Below are positions 9,860 through 18,129 of a stretch of 64,000 bases of DNA, piece after piece. Source of the DNA: an uncultured bacterium (lineage in GTDB: Bacteria > Hydrothermota > Hydrothermia > UBA1063 > CAJXJZ01); the NCBI GenBank assembly GCA_913055745.1, contig CAJXJZ010000003.1:6664-70663 (forward strand), in the 5' to 3' direction. A model generated the notes under the pieces. It searched no databases, was not told the DNA's origin, and worked only from the letters and a program-made list of their open reading frames with translations. The translations under genes and the position numbers were made by a program. Each line of letters opens with the position of its first letter. The stretch's first letter is position 1.

Positions 9860-11213
9860 AAAATACGATATTCGTGGTATTGCTGAAAAGGATATTGATA
9901 AAAAACTCGCATATCACATAGGCCGTGCATTTGGCTCAATAATAAAGAGAAATGGCGGCAGGACCGTATCTGTTGGCAGGGATGTAAGGCCATCATCTCC
10001 TGAGTATGCAAAGGCGCTAATAGAAGGTCTGTATGATACAGGGCTTTTGGTATATGACCTTGGTGTTGTGCCGACACCAGTTCAATATTATTCCATATAC
10101 AAACTCAACCTTGATGGAGGCGTTGAGGTCACAGCAAGCCACAATCCAAGAGACTACAACGGCTTTAAACTCTCTTTGGGTAAGCTGCCATACTTTGGAG
10201 ATGATATACAGCATCTTGCTGACATAATAGAAAAAGAGGACTATATAGAAAAGGAAAAAGGCAAGGTCGTAGAGTATGACATACTCTCTGGATACATTGA
10301 GGAGATAACAGCATCCATTGAGATAAAAAGACCATTGAACATTGCCATAGATACAGGAAACGGCGTGGCTGGTCCGGTGATAGAAAAGGTCTTTAAAAAA
10401 CTCGGTATAACATACGAAGGTCTTTTTCTTGAGCCTGATGGAAGGTTTCCCAATCACATTCCAGACCCCATAGTGCCAGAGTATATGGCTCAACTTGCAC
10501 GCGCAGTAAAACAAAAGGGATACGACCTTGGCATCGGTCTTGATGGAGATGCAGACAGGGTAGGTGTCATAACAGATAAGGGCGAGTTGTTATTCGGCGA
10601 TAAGTTCCTCGCTCTATTCGTTCCAGAGGTCCTTAAGGAATATCCAGGTGCTCCCATTATATTTGATGTAAAATGCACAAAAGGTCTCATAGATGTTATA
10701 AAACAACACGGTGGAAAGCCACTTATGTGGAAAACAGGGCATGCATTAATAAAGGCAAAACTCAAGGAAGTGAATGCTCCACTTGCAGGTGAGATGTCAG
10801 GGCACATTGAATTTAATGATAGATATTACGGGTTTGATGATGCCATATACGATGCACTCCGTATGCTTGAACTTGTATCCCATAGCACAAAGCCACTTTC
10901 TCAAATGATTTTGGACATACCTTTTTACTATTCAACACCAGAAATAAGGGTGTATTGCCCTGATGATAAGAAATTTGAAGTAGTGGATACGCTCGTTAAA
11001 ACCTTTAAAGAAAAATACGATGTTGTTGACATAGATGGGGCAAGGGTTGAATTTGAGGATGGATTTGGGCTTGTTAGAGCATCAAATACCCAACCCGTAC
11101 TCGTTTTGAGGTTTGAGGCAAAAACAGAAGAAAGGCTCAATGAAATTAAAGACCTTATAATAAGTGAGATCAAAAAGTTTAAAGAGGTTGATTTTGAGAG
11201 GGGAGAGGCATAA
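9834..11213 (+). CDS. Phosphomannomutase/phosphoglucomutase
   Basis: FRKYDIRG, TASHNP, DGDADR, GEMSGH, RASNTQP. Confidence 0.93.
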   Translation: MKVPRNIFRKYDIRGIAEKDIDKKLAYHIGRAFGSIIKRNGGRTVSVGRDVRPSSPEYAKALIEGLYDTGLLVYDLGVVPTPVQYYSIYKLNLDGGVEVTASHNPRDYNGFKLSLGKLPYFGDDIQHLADIIEKEDYIEKEKGKVVEYDILSGYIEEITASIEIKRPLNIAIDTGNGVAGPVIEKVFKKLGITYEGLFLEPDGRFPNHIPDPIVPEYMAQLARAVKQKGYDLGIGLDGDADRVGVITDKGELLFGDKFLALFVPEVLKEYPGAPIIFDVKCTKGLIDVIKQHGGKPLMWKTGHALIKAKLKEVNAPLAGEMSGHIEFNDRYYGFDDAIYDALRMLELVSHSTKPLSQMILDIPFYYSTPEIRVYCPDDKKFEVVDTLVKTFKEKYDVVDIDGARVEFEDGFGLVRASNTQPVLVLRFEAKTEERLNEIKDLIISEIKKFKEVDFERGEA

Positions 11214-13278
11214 CCCCCTCCCCTTTTTACTTCTTATTATCTTTTTTTTATTCACATCCAGACTTTTGGGCAATGATGTTTACTTTGGTGCAAAACATCT
11301 TAAGTATCTTGCAGATGAGAAACTTGTCATCTTACAGGACAGTGCCTGGATAAGGGATAAAGAAAATAGCCTGCTTGCAGATAGCATCTTATATTTTCAA
11401 GACCTTGATCTTATAAAAGGTTATGGCAATGCTGTTTTAATTACAGGAAAAGATAGTTTCATAGGCGATTCCCTTTACTACAACACAAAACTCAAAACAG
11501 GGCATGCCTTTTCAGGATATACCATAAAGGAAAAAGGCAAAATATGGGGCAGCATGGCTTATAAAGACTCCCTTGACAATATCTATATAAAACATGGATT
11601 TTACACCACATGCCTTAAGGATACCCCAGACTATTTTTTCCAGGCACAGTATATAAAGGTAGTAAAAAGAGAGATGGCTATTGCAAAGCCTGTTATTCTT
11701 AGAGTACACAATGTTCCCATTATGGCTGTCCCATTTTGGATGTTTCCCGTTAAGGAGGGAAGAAAGAGCGGATTTTTAACTCCAAGCGTAGGATTTAACT
11801 CCATAAGTGGCAAATACCTTAGGAACCTCGCCTATTATTTAGTGATAAATAACTATATGGACCTTACCACATCCATGGATATTGTAGAAAATGTAGGTAT
11901 AAGGGGAAATATAGACTTTTTGTATAAACTCTACAAACACTTTAGCGGAGAAGTTAAGTACTCCCGTGCAGAAAACCTATGGCAAAGAAGTTCAGAATGG
12001 TCTCTTGCAGGGTGGCACAGACATAATCTACCGTATCACACAACCCTTCAGGCAAAAATAGACTATGTATCCAATTATAACTATTACAATGAGTATTCTG
12101 AGACAAAAGTAGAATGGCTTAAAAGAGAACTTCACAGTTATCTCACCATCCAACGGTCATCCCTTCCCATACCATTTACTTTCACCATAGACGATAGGAT
12201 ACAACCTGATAAAAAAAATAGACAGAGTTTAATACCATCAATACAATACTCACTCCCTCCTATTTCTTTCTTAAATATGAGGGTAACGGGTGGGATTTTA
12301 AGAAAGCGCAGCGAAGATTCTACAAAAATACTCACAAACACAGGTGCAAGAAACAGTATCTCCTTGGGACTTAATTATACCCTTTTACATTACTTGCGTT
12401 TTAACACAGGGTTAAACTCAAATTTAAACATACTACCAAAAGACACCGCAAATAGTGCCTTTACATTACAAAAAAGTCTCAGGTTATCCCAGGGATTTTC
12501 AACAACGCTTTATGGTTTTTCTATCTTTGGACTTCCTTTTATGGGCATTCAAAAATTTATGCATATATTATCAACGAGTGTATCATTCTCTTTAGTGCCC
12601 TCTGTTAAAAACGATACAGTCATTTTTCAGTATGGTTCATTTTACACGCCAGGAAAATATCTTACATTGAGTCTACAAAATACCTTTTGGGCAAAGGCAT
12701 CATCAAAAAAACTACACCTTCTTTCTCTCAACCTGAGCGCAAACTATAATTTTAAAGAAAAGAAATGGGACAATGTTCCCATAAACTTTACTCTATCAGA
12801 AAAACTCCCGCTTAAAATAAGGGGCAATATACAATACAATACAGAAAATAAGACCCTTGAAAATCCTTCTATTTTTATAACATCATCATTTAAACTCCCA
12901 CTTTTTAGAACAAGTTTTGTAAACAGTTTACCAGGGGATACAGACTCAACAAAAATAAGCAAAGAGAGGAACTTTTTATCTGCCAATTTCAACTATACCA
13001 TTACAAAAAACCAGGTTTTTACATCTCAAACCATTGCCTTAAATGGCAGATATAGGATATCTCCAAGTATTAAAGGGGGATTTTCTATATCCTATGACCT
13101 ATCCCATGGGAAGTATCTTGCAAGGTCTCTTTCCCTGAAAAAAGACCTTCACTGCTGGGAACTTGATTTTTCTTATAACAAATACGGCAACATATGGGAT
13201 TATAACTTCAGGGTATTTATTAAAAAGATACCTGACATTAAATTAGACAAGGGCTTATTAAGAAGCCTTTTACCCTAA
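11164..13278 (+). CDS. lptD: LPS-assembly protein LptD-like outer-membrane protein
   Basis: N-terminal OstA domain, YTTC, P..PFWMFP...RKSGFL.P, beta-barrel with C-terminal DLHCW motif. Start uncertain (GTG 11164 or TTG 11194). Confidence 0.75.
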   Translation: MRSKSLKRLILRGERHNPLPFLLLIIFFLFTSRLLGNDVYFGAKHLKYLADEKLVILQDSAWIRDKENSLLADSILYFQDLDLIKGYGNAVLITGKDSFIGDSLYYNTKLKTGHAFSGYTIKEKGKIWGSMAYKDSLDNIYIKHGFYTTCLKDTPDYFFQAQYIKVVKREMAIAKPVILRVHNVPIMAVPFWMFPVKEGRKSGFLTPSVGFNSISGKYLRNLAYYLVINNYMDLTTSMDIVENVGIRGNIDFLYKLYKHFSGEVKYSRAENLWQRSSEWSLAGWHRHNLPYHTTLQAKIDYVSNYNYYNEYSETKVEWLKRELHSYLTIQRSSLPIPFTFTIDDRIQPDKKNRQSLIPSIQYSLPPISFLNMRVTGGILRKRSEDSTKILTNTGARNSISLGLNYTLLHYLRFNTGLNSNLNILPKDTANSAFTLQKSLRLSQGFSTTLYGFSIFGLPFMGIQKFMHILSTSVSFSLVPSVKNDTVIFQYGSFYTPGKYLTLSLQNTFWAKASSKKLHLLSLNLSANYNFKEKKWDNVPINFTLSEKLPLKIRGNIQYNTENKTLENPSIFITSSFKLPLFRTSFVNSLPGDTDSTKISKERNFLSANFNYTITKNQVFTSQTIALNGRYRISPSIKGGFSISYDLSHGKYLARSLSLKKDLHCWELDFSYNKYGNIWDYNFRVFIKKIPDIKLDKGLLRSLLP

Positions 13279-13366
13279 AAGCATACAAATACACATTATA
13301 ACAAAAACCCGCATGCAAGCATTAACAAGGCTCCCACAAAACTCATTGTATTTTTTACATTAACTA

Positions 13367-13395
13367 TTGACAATACCCAATCTGTGTCTTATAAT
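13367..13395 (+). promoter_or_regulatory. Perfect-consensus sigma70 promoter for kinase operon
   Basis: TTGACA(13367-72)-17-TATAAT(13390-95), ATG 8 nt downstream. Confidence 0.75.
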
Positions 13396-13403
13396 ATTAC
13401 ATA

Positions 13404-16124
13404 ATGCAAATAATAGGAGGCTATAACTATTTGAGAGAGATAGAAGAAACCAATGTTTCGCAAGTCATTCTTGTTGAAAAAAATGGTATAAAATATGTAC
13501 TCAAAAACTCACTTTTGAAAGATTACAACTATTTAATAGATAGGGAGTATATCTTTCTTAAATACCTGCAAGATTTGGGCATTACCCCACGACCTTTTTC
13601 CATTGGGAAAATTGGAAATAGAACATACCTTGTAAGGGAATACCTTGAGGGAAGTATGCTAAAAGACTTTTTAAAGGATAAGTCATCTTGGGAAATTACT
13701 GAATATTTTAGAAAAGTTCTGTATCTAATGTTCAAATTACATACACATGGAATAGTTTTAAGAGATATATCCCCTACCAACTTTTTTATACGGAATGATA
13801 ACCTATATATAATTGATCTGGGTATGGCTACTCATTGCACTGAGAAACCCTCATTAGAGGGTACCCCCTCCTATCTTGCACCAGAGAGTATCGTAGATGA
13901 AACATTTTCCTTTAAAAGTGATCTTTACTCTGTTGGTGTGATGTTTTACGAGTTTTACAAAAAAAGGCCCGCATATAAATTTTCCAATCTTGATGACCTG
14001 TTTATACAGCAAAGCCACGGCCTGCCACCCTTTGACGGTATACCACAAAAACCTGCCCAACTCCTTAAGAGACTACTTTCTTTTGAGCCTGAGAATAGGC
14101 CAACGACATTAGATTCTATTAAAATACTTGACGGGTCTCCACTTTTGGAGCATTTGGTTGTTGATAAGAGTTTTCCTATCATTTTTTCACGGGAAATGGG
14201 CCGTATCATTAATAGAATTAAAAAAACAGAGGCAAAAGTTCTAAACATTTTCAGCGCACGATACCCAGAAGGTTTTTTCTCTGTCATCTTTAAAGAATTG
14301 AGCTTAAGACTTGAACTTGAAGGATTTAAAACATCTTTAAACTCTTTTGAGCCATCAAAAGATATTATCCTTTTGGATTATGAGCATTTAGGAGCGATAA
14401 AAAACTCTGTACATAGATTGAATCAGCATCAAAGAGTCATTATATTCAGTTTAAAGCCCTTAAATATTGGTAACATTAATATAGATTACATGAATTTAAG
14501 TATCACGAACTTAGGCACTTACGAACAAGTAGAAGAGGTAATGCCTATATATCCCAAAATTGATAATTCAGGATCCATTATACCATCTTATGCACAATAT
14601 AATTTAAGTATACTTGCATACATTATACCAGAAGACTTTCCAAGAGAAAAAAATCTACTTAAAACTATAAGTCGCTATTTGAATGCTGAGTATAATGACC
14701 TCATTGATATCTTATCTTCTTTTCGCCTCGCTGTGCCCAAAAGCATTATCTACTATACACTTATTAAAAACAAATCGGACAAACACGCAAAGATAAAGGA
14801 ACATGCATATTTTTCCATACTCTCTTTTATGGATCACTTCGGCTTTATTGACATAAAAGAAAACCATATTATACTTTTACCTGCTTTTCATTCGTTTGTT
14901 AGGAGTAAAAATATGAAACATAAAGCCAATATAGATGTATCAAACAATATCTATGACCATCTTGAATATTTATTGCAAAATACCTCAAAAATAGAACATA
15001 TTACCACGAAACTCAAAGAACTCCTAAAAGGAAACAAGATACCCCCCACACACGCAAGAATTTTCTTAGATGCCCTTTATGATGCAGTAGAGTCACCTTC
15101 TCTTAAAATAGATGTAATAAAGGCAGAGATCTCTCTCGGCCTTTTGAGTAATGTCAGAAAAAAATGGCAAGAACTATTGACAGTGGTCTTACAAGATGCC
15201 AAAAAGATTACATTTGACTATATAAGGCTCTCAATAAGTCTTGGAATATTCCATCAAACTGTAGAGTTCTTACGCGAACGAGAGGACCCTCAATCCAAAA
15301 CCTTATTACTCTATGCATACGCTCTCTATTCAAAGTTTGACCTTTTTTTGGACATACTGAAAAATAACAAGGTGGACAGAGAAAATCCCTATTACCACCT
15401 GGCAATGGGTTTTTACCAAATGGCCTACAAAAAAAAGCCCAATTTAGCAAAACAATATGCAATAACCGCATCAGAACTTGCACATGAAGACCCTCATGTA
15501 ATAATGGTATCAACATACATCTATGGTACATCCGTGCTTGAAACAGGGCAAGTAGAAAAAGGCAAAAACATACTTGAATCAATAAATACACAGGAGAATT
15601 ATGGCATAGAATCCCTACTTGCAAATTTCCAATTAGGCTATATTTACTACACCTCAAAAGAATTTCTCAAAGCCATTTATTACTTTGAATATTCTTACCA
15701 TATGGCCAAAGAATTTCATAGTATATCTTTATCTGTACAGGCTGCATTTTACCTTTCACACATTTATTATCATATGAACAAACTTGATGTTGCAGAATAC
15801 TATATGGATTATGCGTACAAATATCAAAGGCTTTTAACCAAAGAACAAAAGGATTACCTTTTAAAAAACTATGCAGACCTTGCAATTTATCTTAAAAAAC
15901 ATGATAAGATCAAGGCACTCACAGAATTAATGAAAAAAAATCCTGGTATAGAAGGATTACTCAATCCTATCACCCTTGCCAATATATACTATCTTGCAGG
16001 GGAAAAAGAGAAATTGAAAACCCTACTACATAGGATAAAAAATGAGGAGGAAAACATTTTAGTTAAAACATTTTTAGAAATGATAGAAAAAACTGAAAAT
16101 AATAAGGAGGTGCAACATGGGTGA
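13404..16124 (+). CDS. Ser/Thr protein kinase-like domain + degenerate central domain + TPR repeats
   Basis: VLK, LRDISPTN, DLG, GTPSYLAPE, SDLYSVG, R of subdomain XI (PENRP); helical TPR-like C-terminal half. Confidence 0.75.
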   Translation: MQIIGGYNYLREIEETNVSQVILVEKNGIKYVLKNSLLKDYNYLIDREYIFLKYLQDLGITPRPFSIGKIGNRTYLVREYLEGSMLKDFLKDKSSWEITEYFRKVLYLMFKLHTHGIVLRDISPTNFFIRNDNLYIIDLGMATHCTEKPSLEGTPSYLAPESIVDETFSFKSDLYSVGVMFYEFYKKRPAYKFSNLDDLFIQQSHGLPPFDGIPQKPAQLLKRLLSFEPENRPTTLDSIKILDGSPLLEHLVVDKSFPIIFSREMGRIINRIKKTEAKVLNIFSARYPEGFFSVIFKELSLRLELEGFKTSLNSFEPSKDIILLDYEHLGAIKNSVHRLNQHQRVIIFSLKPLNIGNINIDYMNLSITNLGTYEQVEEVMPIYPKIDNSGSIIPSYAQYNLSILAYIIPEDFPREKNLLKTISRYLNAEYNDLIDILSSFRLAVPKSIIYYTLIKNKSDKHAKIKEHAYFSILSFMDHFGFIDIKENHIILLPAFHSFVRSKNMKHKANIDVSNNIYDHLEYLLQNTSKIEHITTKLKELLKGNKIPPTHARIFLDALYDAVESPSLKIDVIKAEISLGLLSNVRKKWQELLTVVLQDAKKITFDYIRLSISLGIFHQTVEFLREREDPQSKTLLLYAYALYSKFDLFLDILKNNKVDRENPYYHLAMGFYQMAYKKKPNLAKQYAITASELAHEDPHVIMVSTYIYGTSVLETGQVEKGKNILESINTQENYGIESLLANFQLGYIYYTSKEFLKAIYYFEYSYHMAKEFHSISLSVQAAFYLSHIYYHMNKLDVAEYYMDYAYKYQRLLTKEQKDYLLKNYADLAIYLKKHDKIKALTELMKKNPGIEGLLNPITLANIYYLAGEKEKLKTLLHRIKNEEENILVKTFLEMIEKTENNKEVQHG

Positions 16125-17967
16125 TATAGAACACCTAAAGAAGTATCCAAAGTTATTCCTTGAATACCTCATAAATGAGGGTGAGTATGCAAAGGCCATT
16201 GAAGTGGCCCGAGAACTCTTTGAGAGTTTGAAGGACAGTCCAAAGGACCTCTTGGATGTATATGTCATGTATCTATCACTGCAAGGGAAAACAGAACTAC
16301 CTAAGGATGAATTTTCAAAGGTCCTTGATGAGGCACTTAGGCTCTCAGAGGAATTAGGACATAAAGAGCACAGAAAAACACTACTAAAAATAAAGAGGAG
16401 TACAGCTATTATAGACATTCCAAAGGACACTTCACAAGAAGATAGATATGCTAAAGCCTTAAAGAAGATAGCAGAACTTCAAGAGTTATCCCTCTCTGAT
16501 ACAAACTACTATAAGAAGATCCTTGAAATAGCCATAGAAACGCTCTCTGCAGAAAGGGGTGCATTATTCATCATGACAAATGGAAGATTGAGAAAAAGGG
16601 CGGCAATAAACATGGAAGACCTTGAAGTGAAAAAGGCAAAATCCATATCAAACTCCATACTCCTTGAGGTAGAGCGAAAAAAATCCACACTCATTTTAGA
16701 AGATGCACAGAAGGACCCAAGGTTCAAAAGGGCACATTCTGTCATGTTTAACAAAATACGCTCAGTTATTGCAACACCACTTATTCATGAGGATAATGTT
16801 GTCGGTGTCCTTTATGTTGATACAACAACAAAGAGCAAGACCTTCCTGGTTCAAGACAAGGAGTTTATAGAAACATTATCTAAGATACTCGCTTCTCATA
16901 TTACCTTTAATCTGAACCATCAGGTACTTTCAACAAACGTCCGATTACTAAAGGCAAGGCTAAAAGAAGAAGAGGACCTTGTCATTGTCTACAAAAGTAA
17001 GGTGATGCAGGATATTATCTCTAAGATTAGACAGGTGGCACCGACTGATACAATAATTCTCATAGAGGGGGAAACAGGCACGGGAAAGGGACTTTTGGCA
17101 AGATACATTCATTCTATAAGCAAAAGGTCATCAAAACCATTTGTTCAAGTTGACCTATCTTCCATACCCTACACGCTCATAGAATCCGAACTCTTTGGCT
17201 ATAAAAAAGGCGCATTCACAGGTGCATTAGAAGATACAAAAGGTCTCTTAGAGGTGGCTGACGGTGGCACAGTGTTCTTTGATGAAATATCAAACACAAC
17301 CCTAACCACACAGGCAAAACTCTTAACCCTGCTTGAGGAGAAAAAATTCAGGAGAATTGGTGGAAAAGATGAACTGAAATTTGCGGCAAGGTCAATTTTT
17401 GCGAGCAATAGACCACTTGAACAACTTGTATCTGAAAACAGGGTAAGAAAGGACTTTTATTACAGGATAAGTGAGTTTGTTGTTCAATTACCACCATTAA
17501 GAGAGAGGCCTGAAGATATTATACCTATTGCCGAGTATTTTGCCAAAAAGTTTGGAGCAGAATTCGGTAAAGAGTTCAAACAAATAGACGAAGAAGCAAA
17601 GGAGTTTCTCCTCTCATACCCATGGCCAGGCAATATCAGAGAACTAAGAAATGTAATAAGACAGGCGATGATATTCAGTCCTGACGGTGAAATAAACATC
17701 CAGACCATTTCTGAAAACCTCCTGGGCAAAAATAAAACCCAGGCAATGAAACTAAAAGGGAAAGACCTTAAAGATTTTCTTCAAGACAAGGAAAGGGAAA
17801 TAATGATTGAGGCTTTGAGAGAGACCCATGGCAATATCCTTGCAACAGCGGAACTACTAAATACCAACAGAATGCGCATTTACAGAATCCTCAAAAAGTA
17901 CAATATAGACCCCAATGAATTTAAAATAAAAGGCAAAATTAAACGCAAACTCAGAACCAAAGAGTAA
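16117..17967 (+). CDS. GAF-domain sigma54-dependent enhancer-binding protein (Fis-family HTH)
   Basis: GAF (AERGALF...SVIATPL...GVLYVD), GETGTGKG, ESELFGYKKGAFTGA, FFDEI, RKDFYYRI, WPGNIREL, C-terminal HTH; own SD AAGGAGG. Confidence 0.92.
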   Translation: MGDIEHLKKYPKLFLEYLINEGEYAKAIEVARELFESLKDSPKDLLDVYVMYLSLQGKTELPKDEFSKVLDEALRLSEELGHKEHRKTLLKIKRSTAIIDIPKDTSQEDRYAKALKKIAELQELSLSDTNYYKKILEIAIETLSAERGALFIMTNGRLRKRAAINMEDLEVKKAKSISNSILLEVERKKSTLILEDAQKDPRFKRAHSVMFNKIRSVIATPLIHEDNVVGVLYVDTTTKSKTFLVQDKEFIETLSKILASHITFNLNHQVLSTNVRLLKARLKEEEDLVIVYKSKVMQDIISKIRQVAPTDTIILIEGETGTGKGLLARYIHSISKRSSKPFVQVDLSSIPYTLIESELFGYKKGAFTGALEDTKGLLEVADGGTVFFDEISNTTLTTQAKLLTLLEEKKFRRIGGKDELKFAARSIFASNRPLEQLVSENRVRKDFYYRISEFVVQLPPLRERPEDIIPIAEYFAKKFGAEFGKEFKQIDEEAKEFLLSYPWPGNIRELRNVIRQAMIFSPDGEINIQTISENLLGKNKTQAMKLKGKDLKDFLQDKEREIMIEALRETHGNILATAELLNTNRMRIYRILKKYNIDPNEFKIKGKIKRKLRTKE

Positions 17968-17985
17968 GTCATCATCTTATCTAAT

Positions 17986-18019
17986 TAAGTGCACGGAATG
18001 TAACAATTCCGTGCACTTA
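17986..18019. repeat. 14-bp perfect inverted repeat (candidate bEBP upstream activator site and/or terminator)
   Basis: TAAGTGCACGGAAT-gtaaca-ATTCCGTGCACTTA. Confidence 0.8.
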
Positions 18020-18083
18020 TAGTTTTGTTACAGAAATAGTACTCCATATTCTAAGAGTTTCAAGGTAATCTATTTACCCACTT

Positions 18084-18100
18084 TTGGCATATTTATTGCA
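18084..18100 (+). promoter_or_regulatory. sigma54 -24/-12 promoter
   Basis: TTGGCATATTTATTGCA: GG 18086-87, N10, GC 18098-99; 30 nt upstream of HD-GYP ATG with SD AGGAGG. Confidence 0.75.
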
Positions 18101-18129
18101 TATTATTTAGTGAAAAAAGGAGGCGTAAA

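Noticed and set aside
15428-15440. In-frame A-AAA-AAG slippery heptamer in the kinase gene
   Set aside because: Expected by chance in Lys-rich, AT-rich genes; I saw no downstream stimulatory structure or useful -1 frame.
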